A stretch of 64,000 bases of DNA from Collinsella sp. (GTDB lineage Bacteria > Actinomycetota > Coriobacteriia > Coriobacteriales > Coriobacteriaceae). Positions 25,051 through 33,409 of the stretch are shown one piece after another. The notes under the pieces were generated by a model. It was not told the origin of the DNA. It saw only the letters and a list, made by a program, of their open reading frames with translations, and searched no databases. The translations under genes were made by a program, and so were the position numbers. The stretch covers positions 4,467-68,466 of the forward strand of contig JAHYYM010000007.1 of the NCBI GenBank assembly GCA_019424985.1, given 5' to 3'. Position 1 is the stretch's first letter. Every line of letters starts with the position of its first letter.

Positions 25051-27933
25051 CTAAATAAACACGTCGACGAGGATGGGCATAAGGTTGAGCAGGCCAAACA
25101 CCAGCGCCACGCCCCAGCCGAGCTTAAAGCAGCTGCGCCAGGTGCTGCGCGCGAAGGTGTTGTCGATCAGCACCTCGACAAAGTACGTCGCAGCCATCAC
25201 GACCAGGGCGACCAGCCAGCTCACCGGGTTGTCCCAGACAAAGAACATGCCCACCCACATCAAAAACAGCACGGTCTCGCACCAGTGCATAAGGGTCATC
25301 TTGGCCAGCGTGCCGCCGCTCATCTCGGTGGCGACGCCCTGGACAATCTCCTGATGTGCGTGATGCGAGTACGAAAGGTCAAACGGCGACTTGCGCAGCT
25401 TGATGGTAAGCACCGCGAGCAGTGCGAGGAAAATGGGCGCGCTGTACACGATGATGGGGGCTGACTGCCCCGTTACGGCGATGGAATCAAAGCTATCGGT
25501 GGCAAGGTACAGGCCCACGCTCATCAGCAGAACGGCGGGCTCGTAACTCATGACCTGCAGCAGCTCGCGGTCGGCGCCGACCTGGGCAAACGGGCTTTGC
25601 GTCGAGGCGGACGCCAGCACCACAAAGATCGCGGCGAGCGTCACCATAAAGGCGCACAGCAGCGTGTTGGAGCCCGACACAAAGATGCCGCCACCCACGA
25701 CGGTAAAGATGAGCGCGCATGCCATATAGGTGTCGTCCATGGTGTTTACGCTGGCAGGGGCCTTGCGCAGCAGCTTGGCAACGTCGTAGAAGGGCTGCAG
25801 CAGGCGCGGGCCCACGCGGCCCTGCATGCGAGCCGAAAGCTTACGGTCAAGACCGTCGATCAGGCCGCCCACAAGCGGCGCCAGCAGGGCAAACACCACG
25901 GTGCCAATAAAAATACCCACGACACCCGAGCCTTCGAAATACTTACCGCGCAGCACCGAGGGCGCGCTCATGGCAAGCCGCTCGGGCCCAATCCATGCGC
26001 AGCACAGCAGCGCAAACAAGATAATGCTGCAGCACACGACGCTACCCGCGGGGCCAATACGCTTCTCGCCAAGGGCGTCCACCGAGTACCAATTGCGCTT
26101 TTCGGCCTTCACCTCGCGTCCCATCGAGCCGCGGAAATGACGGTAATTATCGGTTCCCACACCCGAAAGATATACGTTTACGTGCGGTTTGTTGCTCACG
26201 CGGAATGAAGTCAGCAGCACCACGGCGATAAACGCCACGATAACCACCATCAGATACATGGCGTCCTTGCCAATAACGTACGGCACGCGGCCAAACACCA
26301 TGGCCAAGTAAGGCGACACCAGGCCGCTCGAGATAACCGGGAACGCCACGCAGCACAGAATCAGCAGCGCGGCGATGGTGTTGAGGGCCATCCATTCGGT
26401 CTTATGGACATTGACCTCAACGTTTTGAGCCGTGGGGTCGACGCCCGAAAGCTTGGCAAGCCACTTACCCCAGAAGAAGAACGTCGCGGCCGAGCCAAAG
26501 GCCAGCACCATGATCATGAGCACGTTGCCGGTCTGCGCAAACGCCACCAGGGCGCCCCACTTGGACACGAGCATGCCAAACGGCGCCACAAACATGCCCA
26601 TGATGCCCAGCATCATCAGGCGCGTCAGGCGCGGCATGCGGCTGAACATACCGTCCATGTCCTCGATATTGCGGCTGCCGATATGATGCTCGGCCGTGCC
26701 CACGCACAGGAACAGCAGCGACTTGGCCACCGTATGGAACAGGATCAGGAAGATGGCCGCCCATACGGCCTCGGGCGCGCCGACGCCCAGGCAGGCGCTG
26801 ATGAGGCCCAAGTTGGAAATGGTGGAGTACGCGAGCACGCGTTTGGCGTTGCTCTGCGAGATGGCCATGAGGGCTGCCAGCAAAAACGTGATGGCGCCCA
26901 CACTCGTGACCATAAAGCCCGTCACGGGATAGATGGCATAGAGCGGGCTGAGCTTGACCATCAAAAACACGCCGGCTTTGACCATGGTGGACGAGTGCAG
27001 CAGGGCGCTCGTAGGAGTGGGGGCAACCATAGCACCGAGCAGCCAGGTATGGAACGGCATCTGCGCGGCCTTGGTAAGGGCGGCGAGCGATAGCAGGACG
27101 ACCGGCATCACCAGTAACGCGGACTGCGCGGTGCCGGCGCCGGAAAGCTCGATCATGCCCGAGATGGTCAGCGGCATGCCGCTAACGTGCAGATACATGA
27201 GGCCCGCCAAAAACGCGATACCGCCCAGCATGTTGAGGATGATCTGGGTGAAGGCGTTTTTAATGGCCTCGGGCGTGCGCGTATAGCCAATCATAAGAAA
27301 CGAGCACACGGTGGTGATTTCCCAGCCGCAGAACAGCCACTCCAGGTTATCGCTCGTCACGATGACAAACATGGCCGAGAGGAACAGGAACATAAGCGCC
27401 AGGAACTGCGGGCGACGGTCGGGCGCGGTCTGCCCGCGCAGCGCTGCCTCGTGCTCGTCGTGCGCCTGGAAGTCCTTCATGTAGCCCAAGGCATACACGC
27501 AGATCAGACTGCCGACGATGCCGACGGCGAGGACCATAATCACGCTCATGTAGTCTAGGTAGAGCGGCGTCGCCGTGACGGCTTCGGCCGCGGGCAGCGT
27601 CATGGCTGCAAAGGCGAGCGAGCCCACCAGCTGGATTATGCCGAGCACCGTGGTGAGCGCGTTCCTATATTTGTACGCGTTGTACAGGATGACGGCGCAC
27701 AGGATGACGTCGATGACGGAGCTGATGACGGAGAGCATGTGCGAGGTGCCCGGTGCCACCTCGAAGCTCTGCGGGCCCGTGCCAAAAAACATGACGGCGA
27801 CTACAACCGTCACCGCCATAATGATGCCAGAGCCTACAAGCCCTAGCGCATCGCGGGCGCGGTCACCGCGCGCGAGCAGCATGCCCAGCGCCGGTACCAG
27901 CGGAAACAGGGTAAGGAAATACAGTAGCGTCAT
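25051..27933 (-). CDS. Fused hydrogenase membrane subunits: NuoL/HyfB/EchA-like antiporter module plus NuoH/HycD/EchB-like module
   Basis: The N-terminal ~640 aa carry WEITTVCSFLMIGY and LHSSTMVKAGVFL. The C-terminal ~310 aa carry RKLSARMQGRVGPRLLQPFYDVAKLL. Start is ATG 27933 (SD GGGGAG 8 nt upstream); the ORF is open to 27966. Confidence 0.8.
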   Translation of the reverse strand: MTLLYFLTLFPLVPALGMLLARGDRARDALGLVGSGIIMAVTVVVAVMFFGTGPQSFEVAPGTSHMLSVISSVIDVILCAVILYNAYKYRNALTTVLGIIQLVGSLAFAAMTLPAAEAVTATPLYLDYMSVIMVLAVGIVGSLICVYALGYMKDFQAHDEHEAALRGQTAPDRRPQFLALMFLFLSAMFVIVTSDNLEWLFCGWEITTVCSFLMIGYTRTPEAIKNAFTQIILNMLGGIAFLAGLMYLHVSGMPLTISGMIELSGAGTAQSALLVMPVVLLSLAALTKAAQMPFHTWLLGAMVAPTPTSALLHSSTMVKAGVFLMVKLSPLYAIYPVTGFMVTSVGAITFLLAALMAISQSNAKRVLAYSTISNLGLISACLGVGAPEAVWAAIFLILFHTVAKSLLFLCVGTAEHHIGSRNIEDMDGMFSRMPRLTRLMMLGIMGMFVAPFGMLVSKWGALVAFAQTGNVLMIMVLAFGSAATFFFWGKWLAKLSGVDPTAQNVEVNVHKTEWMALNTIAALLILCCVAFPVISSGLVSPYLAMVFGRVPYVIGKDAMYLMVVIVAFIAVVLLTSFRVSNKPHVNVYLSGVGTDNYRHFRGSMGREVKAEKRNWYSVDALGEKRIGPAGSVVCCSIILFALLCCAWIGPERLAMSAPSVLRGKYFEGSGVVGIFIGTVVFALLAPLVGGLIDGLDRKLSARMQGRVGPRLLQPFYDVAKLLRKAPASVNTMDDTYMACALIFTVVGGGIFVSGSNTLLCAFMVTLAAIFVVLASASTQSPFAQVGADRELLQVMSYEPAVLLMSVGLYLATDSFDSIAVTGQSAPIIVYSAPIFLALLAVLTIKLRKSPFDLSYSHHAHQEIVQGVATEMSGGTLAKMTLMHWCETVLFLMWVGMFFVWDNPVSWLVALVVMAATYFVEVLIDNTFARSTWRSCFKLGWGVALVFGLLNLMPILVDVFI

Positions 27934-28157
27934 ACCATCACTCCCCCATGCAAAAACGCTATACATGCATTACGTTATAGCGCTAATTTGAGCACCTGAT
28001 GGCGGGCTTTCGGCCAACTGTGGGACTTTGGACGTGCGGGGCAAGGAGCTTGTCCGTATTAGAGCAATATGGGGCCCCGTCGCGGCAGTGCAGGGCGCGC
28101 CCCACTCCACGGCAGCCTTATCCGATCCGAAAGAGCCCTTAGAGGGGCATCGCGATA

Positions 28158-28181
28158 GAAAAAATGCGCCCCATAGGCGCA
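28158..28181 (-). terminator. Rho-independent terminator of the HTH gene
   Basis: Stem tgcgcc / ggcgca, then TTTTTTC on the minus strand, 9 nt after the stop at 28190. Confidence 0.7.
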
Positions 28182-28189
28182 CGTTTTCG

Positions 28190-28594
28190 TTACTCCGTCT
28201 TTTTAACGCGCGGCTTGCGACCGCGCGGCTTATCGACCAGTGCGGCCTCACCGCTCTCGCGGTACTGACGGCACCAAGCCTTGACCGAAGACTCGCTGGG
28301 AATCTTGTGCTTGATCATGGCCTCGCGAACCGTCAAGCCACTTTCCAGACGGTCCTTAACCACAGCGAGCTTTACGTCGTACGAATAGGTGTGATGATGC
28401 GAACCGGCGTTGAGAACGGCGTCGGCACCGCCCACGGCATACGCGCGGGCCCACTGACGAGCCGTGGCCTGGGGAATGCCAAGCTCCGCGGCGAGGGCGC
28501 GATGACCGACCCCCTCTTGGAGGATCTCGACGGCGCGCTGCCTAACCTCAGGCGCATGCGTGCGAGTCCTAGTTGCTTCCGACATACCTGCCAC
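28190..28594 (-). CDS. IS3/IS150-type OrfA-like helix-turn-helix protein (no OrfB; relic or domesticated)
   Basis: Two HTH repeats (RQRAVEILQEGVGHRALAAELGIPQATARQWARAY; YDVKLAVVKDRLESGLTVREAMIKHKIPSESSVKAWCRQY). Ends KPRGRKPRVKKTE. No transposase ORF follows. Confidence 0.65.
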   Translation of the reverse strand: MAGMSEATRTRTHAPEVRQRAVEILQEGVGHRALAAELGIPQATARQWARAYAVGGADAVLNAGSHHHTYSYDVKLAVVKDRLESGLTVREAMIKHKIPSESSVKAWCRQYRESGEAALVDKPRGRKPRVKKTE

Positions 28595-28921
28595 TTCTTA
28601 GCCTTAACCGTTAATCTGCTTTCTTACGTGCAAGTTAGATAGTAGCATTTTACTGTTTGCTCAAAGCAGTTAATTAAAATAGACGCGGCGTTATCTGGGC
28701 ATTTGGCACCAAATTACGACATTTCTTTATCGATTATTTACGCTGGTAGCTGACTCGCAGCTAATCGTCATTCGCTTGTCAACAAAATTGGCGTCTCTTT
28801 ATGTCCTTTGGTATAGAGGATATAGTTATTAACCCCTCCCCCAATAATTTTGAGTGATCTGCAAGGCAGTAGACGTCCTCACTCCTCATGATTACCGCGC
28901 ATTGCCATCCACAGGAGCAAA

Positions 28922-28959
28922 ACAAAAAGGGCGGGACCTGCTGCGTTTGCAGGCCCCGC
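28922..28959 (-). terminator. Rho-independent terminator of the flavin oxidoreductase gene
   Basis: Stem gcgggacctgc / gcaggccccgc (1 mismatch), followed on the minus strand by CCTTTTTGTT. Confidence 0.7.
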
Positions 28960-29034
28960 ACCGGTTGACACCCGACGGGACACAGCCGGGCGAGACGGAT
29001 CCGTGCTACCGCCCCGCCTGGCCGCGATGTTCAA

Positions 29035-31071
29035 CTACAGCTCGTTGGCCGCGTGATACGCCGTGCGAATGGCGCTCGCGATGTCGGCGGTGCGCTCGCC
29101 CGAGCAGTCGCCCACGCAGGTCACGGGCACCGTCACGCCGTCCAGGTCAAACGCGTTGGCCTTGGAGCCCACGGCCATCACCACGTAATCGCAGGCGATC
29201 TTCACCGGCTCCTCGGCGCCGTCCTCGGCGGTGCGAACGGCCTCCACGCCCTCGTCAGTAATGGCGGTCAGGCGGGTCTTCACGTGCTGCTCCACGTTGT
29301 GCTCGGCAAAGTCGCTCATAATCAGCGGCAGGATGGTCTCGGACTCGCCCGCGGCAATCTTGTCGAGCATCTCCACGATCGCCACCTCGCAGCCGTGCTG
29401 CAGCAGATACTCGGCAGTCTCGGTGCCCACCAGGCCACCGCCAATGACGGCGACGCGGCCGCTGAGCTCCACCTTGCCGGCCAGCACGTCCCAGCTCGAG
29501 ACGACCTTGTCCGAGTCGGCGCCCGGAACGGGGATGACCACGTCGTGCGCGCCCACGGCCACAATCGCGGCGTCGGCGGCGTTGAGGTCCTCAGCGGTAG
29601 CGGCATGGCTGAGCTCAACCTTCACGCCCAGGCCAGGCAGAATCTTCTCGTAGTACTCGACCGAGCGCATGATCTCGTCCTTGCGCGGAGGCGCAGCCGC
29701 CAGCACAATCTGGCCGCCCAAGTGATCGCTCGCCTCGTAGATGGTCACGTCGTAGCCGCGCTTGGCCGCCACGCGTGCGGCCTCCAGGCCGGCAATACCG
29801 CCGCCCACCACGGCGATCTTCTTGTCGCCCTCGCCCGGCTTGATGGCGATGGTCGCCTCGTCGCCGTTCTCGGCATTGAGCACGCACGAGATGTACTTGC
29901 GGTTTTGAATCGCGTCGACGCAGCCCTTGTTGCAGTTGAGGCACTCGCGGATGGGCTCGCCCGTAGCGGCCTTCAGCGCAATGTCGGGGTCGCACATGAG
30001 CGAGCGGCCATAGGCGATGATGTCGGCGGCGCCGTCTTCCAGAATCTTCTCGCCGGCCTCGACCGAGACAACGCGGCCGACGGTTGCCACCGGCACGGAG
30101 ACCAGGGCCTTGACGCGCTCGGCCACGGGCAGCGTCCAGTTGTAGGGCATGGCGCCCATGGGCGGAATGGTGTCGCCCATGTTGCCGGTGTGGTTGGCCT
30201 GTGCGACCTGGATCATATCGATGCCCGCGCCCTCGAGCAGCTTGGCAAACTCGCAGGCCTCGTCGGGCTGCAGGCCGCCCTTGCCGCGCGGCGTGCCGTC
30301 GGGGTTCTCCATGATCACGGGGAGCTTGTACTCCACCATCAGCTGCGGCGCGGCCTCCTTAATGGCAGCGACGACCTCCAGCGCGTAGCGAACGCGGTTC
30401 TCGAACGAACCACCGTACTCGTCGGTGCGTTGGTTGAGGATGGCCGAGCACAGCGAACCCACCAAGCGGTCGCCGTGGACCTCGATGGCGTCGATGCCGG
30501 CCTGCTGCGCGCGAGCGGCCGAGGCGGCGATGGCCTCCTTGATCTGGGTGAGCTGCTCTACGCTCGCCTCGTTCACAAAGTGCTGCATGTCGTGATGCAG
30601 CTTGGCGTAGGCCTGGTTGCGGATCTCGTTGGACTCGGCCATCTTGGCGGCAAAGGTCTCCTCGTCGCCGGCGGCCTTGGCCTCCTGCGCGGCCTTAGCG
30701 GCGGCCATGGATCCCATGACCATGCGGCCGACACCGGGCACATCGTACTCGGGGTGGAACAGCTGCAGCGCGATCTTGGCGCCGTGCTTGTGGACGGCAT
30801 CGGCCAGCGCCTTAAACGTGGGGATCTGGGCGTCGGTTGCCAGCTTGGGCGTGGGGCTCGCGGTCATGACGGGAGCGACGTCGCCGATGACGATGTAGCT
30901 CACGCCGCCACGGGCCAGGCGCTCGTAAAAAGCCAGGCTGCGCTCGCCAATGGAACCGTCACGCTCCTCGTAGCCGGTGGTCAACGGCGGGAACATAATG
31001 CGGTTTTTGAGCTCAAGGGGGCCAACCGTAATGGGCTGAAGCAGCTTGGATGCAGGTGCGGTCATGGACAT
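29035..31071 (-). CDS. NADH:flavin oxidoreductase (OYE-like) fused to FAD/NAD(P)-binding domain; 2,4-dienoyl-CoA reductase / enoate reductase / BaiH-like family
   Basis: OYE barrel (ITVGPLELKNRIMFPPLTTGY), Cys cluster CLNCNKGCVDAIQNRKYISC, and two GxGxxG motifs (VVGGGIAGLEAA; VIGGGLVGTETA). Confidence 0.85.
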   Translation of the reverse strand: MSMTAPASKLLQPITVGPLELKNRIMFPPLTTGYEERDGSIGERSLAFYERLARGGVSYIVIGDVAPVMTASPTPKLATDAQIPTFKALADAVHKHGAKIALQLFHPEYDVPGVGRMVMGSMAAAKAAQEAKAAGDEETFAAKMAESNEIRNQAYAKLHHDMQHFVNEASVEQLTQIKEAIAASAARAQQAGIDAIEVHGDRLVGSLCSAILNQRTDEYGGSFENRVRYALEVVAAIKEAAPQLMVEYKLPVIMENPDGTPRGKGGLQPDEACEFAKLLEGAGIDMIQVAQANHTGNMGDTIPPMGAMPYNWTLPVAERVKALVSVPVATVGRVVSVEAGEKILEDGAADIIAYGRSLMCDPDIALKAATGEPIRECLNCNKGCVDAIQNRKYISCVLNAENGDEATIAIKPGEGDKKIAVVGGGIAGLEAARVAAKRGYDVTIYEASDHLGGQIVLAAAPPRKDEIMRSVEYYEKILPGLGVKVELSHAATAEDLNAADAAIVAVGAHDVVIPVPGADSDKVVSSWDVLAGKVELSGRVAVIGGGLVGTETAEYLLQHGCEVAIVEMLDKIAAGESETILPLIMSDFAEHNVEQHVKTRLTAITDEGVEAVRTAEDGAEEPVKIACDYVVMAVGSKANAFDLDGVTVPVTCVGDCSGERTADIASAIRTAYHAANEL

Positions 31072-31205
31072 TCCTCTCTTGTAGGCGCGGCGGCGATGAT
31101 GCCGCGTAGTTGTCTAGAGGATATGGCATGGAGGTACAGCGGCACAACGAAAATCGGCGAATATCAGGTGGCGGCAGGTGGATGGAGCGGACGGCCCGTC
31201 GGTTT

Positions 31206-31422
31206 GTCTCAATCTGTAACAGTTAGGCCCTATTTTGCCGAGCAACTGTTACAGATTGAGACGAACCAATCTAGCCTGCCGAAAGATCTAGATCTGTAAC
31301 AGTTACTCAGTAAAAACCGTCCCTCGTGTTACAGATTTAGACAAACGAAGACCGTCCTGCCGAAACATCTCAATCTGTAACACCTAGCCGCCCAAATCGG
31401 GTCTAGATGTTACAGATCGAGA
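31206..31422. repeat. Array of three tandem hairpin units (alternating-orientation 16-17-bp repeats; BIME/REPIN-like)
   Basis: Arm pairs: gtctcaatctgtaacag / ctgttacagattgagac (31206-31262), tctagatctgtaacag / tgttacagatttaga (31287-31341), tctcaatctgtaacac / tgttacagatcgaga (31368-31422). Loops are 23-25 nt and linkers ~25 nt. Confidence 0.85.
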
Positions 31423-31471
31423 TTTTGTTTGAGAGGCCGAGAATTGGACCGAAAACACGGTCCCGGAATAA

Positions 31472-31502
31472 CAAAAAAGCTCGCCGGGTAGGCCGACGAG
31501 CT
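31472..31502 (-). terminator. Possible terminator downstream of tRNA-Met
   Basis: agctcg...cgagct stem, followed on the minus strand by TTTTTTG. Confidence 0.4.
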
Positions 31503-31511
31503 GCAAGTTCT

Positions 31512-31588
31512 TGGTCGCGGGGGCAGGATTTGAACCTACGACCTCCGGGTTATGAGCCCGGCGAGCTACCAGACTGCTCCACCCCGCA
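31512..31588 (-). tRNA. tRNA-Met (CAT), initiator (fMet) type
   Basis: Minus strand: TGCGGGGTGGAGCAGTCTGGTAGCTCGCCGGGCTCATAACCCGGAGGTCGTAGGTTCAAATCCTGCCCCCGCGACCA. It has a CAT anticodon, three G:C pairs closing the anticodon stem, A11:U24 and an encoded CCA. Confidence 0.9.
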
Positions 31589-31619
31589 ATGTCTGGGCGC
31601 CTCATGTGCGCAAGAAAGA

Positions 31620-31648
31620 ATATTACACGGGAGTTCGGTAAACGGCAA
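31620..31648 (-). promoter_or_regulatory. Sigma-70-like promoter for tRNA-Met
   Basis: Minus sense: TTGCCG (31648-31643), 17 nt, TAATAT (31625-31620), about 30 nt upstream of the tRNA 5' end. Confidence 0.5.
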
Positions 31649-31785
31649 GGAAAATCTCGTAGAGCATAATTCCTTCATATTTAAAACCCCTCAGCTCCTA
31701 TCACCGTAAACGAATCGCGGCCGAGCGCCGTCGACGGCGCGTATACAATGGTGCGCGTCCTTTTATGCCAACACCGGGAGTAGAC

Positions 31786-32559
31786 ATGCTGCTCGCTATC
31801 GATATGGGAAACACGCAGACGGCCATGGGCCTGTTTGACGGAGACGAGCTGGTGCAGTCGTGGCGCATGCCCACCGACCGCTCCTATACCGCCGACGAGA
31901 TCCATGTGCGCCTGATGGGCTTCTTTAAGATGTACGGCCTCTCGCTCGACGCGGTCGACGCGATCGCCTTCGCCGGCGTGGTGCCGCAGCTCTCGCGCGA
32001 GTGGCACGCCGTGGCCGACCGCATTGCCGCGGACGCCATCGTTATCGGGCCGCAGACGGCCGCGGTGACCAAGCTGCGCGCGGCGCGTCCCCAGGCCGTA
32101 GGCGCCGATCGCGTCGCTAACGCCGTTGCGGCCGAGACCTTCTACGGCGCGCCGGCAATCGTGGTGGACTTTGGCACCGCGACCAATATCGACGTCATCG
32201 ATGAGGACGGTTATTACATTGGTGGAGCGATTGCGCCGGGCATCCGCATTTCGATGGACGCGCTCGCCGCCCGAGCCGCCAAGCTCGCCAGCGTGCCGCT
32301 CGAGGCGCCCGAGCATGCCATCGGCCGCGATACCGAGGAGTGCATCAAGGTGGGCGCCGTGACGGGCGCCGCCGCCATGGCCGAGGGCCTGGTCGCGCGC
32401 ATGAAGCGCGAGCTGGGGCGCGAGGACGCCACCGTTATAGCCACGGGCGGCCTCGCCAGCATCGTCGCCGATTCGACCGACGCCTTCGACGTGGTCGACG
32501 GACAGCTCACCATCAAGGGTATCTGCGAAATCTACCGCCGCATGCAGAAGCAGGGGTAG
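31786..32559 (+). CDS. coaX: Type III pantothenate kinase
   Basis: MLLAIDMGNTQT, VVDFGTATN, ATGGLA motifs. SD GGGAG is 6 nt before ATG 31786. Confidence 0.9.
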   Translation: MLLAIDMGNTQTAMGLFDGDELVQSWRMPTDRSYTADEIHVRLMGFFKMYGLSLDAVDAIAFAGVVPQLSREWHAVADRIAADAIVIGPQTAAVTKLRAARPQAVGADRVANAVAAETFYGAPAIVVDFGTATNIDVIDEDGYYIGGAIAPGIRISMDALAARAAKLASVPLEAPEHAIGRDTEECIKVGAVTGAAAMAEGLVARMKRELGREDATVIATGGLASIVADSTDAFDVVDGQLTIKGICEIYRRMQKQG

Positions 32560-32707
32560 GATAGGGACCTAAGTCGAGCACACCCGATGCCACAGCCCCC
32601 CCCGCAAACGTTCGCCAAGCCTATTCCTCAGATAGGCGAAGCCCTCCCCAGCACAGGCCGAGGAGGGTCTTGTTGTCATCGTTGTCTTTGAGCGCTGGCG
32701 CCTCGCG

Positions 32708-33409
32708 TTACAGCCCGCGAATCCGTACGGCCTCGGGCGGAAACTCTTGCTCGCCGGCATCGGTCTTGATGGTCGCACGACCCCAGATGTCCAGGCCCGC
32801 AAACACACCGACCGCAAGCGGCAGGCCGTTGGGCGACACCGCCGCAACCTGACGTCCCAGCAGCGGCACCATGTCGAAGTACTCGCCCAGCACGGGAGCC
32901 AGCGGACCGGCAGCACCCTGTGGCGTGTTGGCGACAACCGCCCAGGCGTCCACACGGGTCAACACGGCGGCGGCCAGCGCCTCGACCAGCGCTTCGTCGG
33001 CCCCATCCGCACCGAGCTCACTCAGCGCCGAACGCTCAATATCCACCGTCACAGCACCGAACATGCCCGCGACACCGGCGCCACCGTTGACGGCGACGCG
33101 TGCAAGCGACGTCTCAAACGCGGGCGCGCCGCACACAATATCGCTCGGCCACTGAATGCCCACCTTGCCGGCAAGGCCCAGCCCCGGTGCCGCAGCCGTT
33201 CCCACGAGCGCGTCCATCATGCCCATCGCGGCCACAAACGGCAGGCCGTGGAAGGCATGCATGTTCACGTCGGGGCGTACGACCAGCGAAAACGTCAACG
33301 ACGCCTCGCCCGCGCTCCACGCGCACCAACCCGCGGACTTGCCCTCGCGACCCGCATCGCGCGCGGCGTCGAGCTCAGTGCCAGCGGCTACAGCATTCAT
33401 CTCAATCAT
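32708..33409 (-). CDS. Biotin protein ligase (BirA)-like protein, N-terminally short with a degenerate GRGRxGR loop
   Basis: BPL core similarity (SLTFSLVVRP, GIQWPSDIV versus KWPNDI, C-terminal SH3-like GRATIKTDAGEQEF). The loop reads AGREGKSAGW. Confidence 0.5.
   Translation of the reverse strand: MIEMNAVAAGTELDAARDAGREGKSAGWCAWSAGEASLTFSLVVRPDVNMHAFHGLPFVAAMGMMDALVGTAAAPGLGLAGKVGIQWPSDIVCGAPAFETSLARVAVNGGAGVAGMFGAVTVDIERSALSELGADGADEALVEALAAAVLTRVDAWAVVANTPQGAAGPLAPVLGEYFDMVPLLGRQVAAVSPNGLPLAVGVFAGLDIWGRATIKTDAGEQEFPPEAVRIRGL

Noticed and set aside
28028-28050. Possible attachment-site repeat of the tRNA-Met 3' end that would delimit a 3.5-kb tRNA-linked island (28028-31511)
   Set aside because: tggacgtgcggggcaagga matches tggtcgcgggggcagga only with 2 mismatches and 2 indels in GC-rich DNA. 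There is no integrase, so this is too weak for an att site.
31206-31422. CRISPR array interpretation of the regularly spaced 16-bp repeats (also 47140-47357)
   Set aside because: Consecutive repeats alternate in orientation and pair into hairpins. There are only six per locus, the 'spacers' share conserved blocks, the whole block is duplicated at a second locus, and no cas genes or leader are present.
31384-31605. 73-aa ORF overlapping the tRNA-Met gene
   Set aside because: It is fully explained by the tRNA (cloverleaf, CAT anticodon, CCA end). The ORF is spurious.
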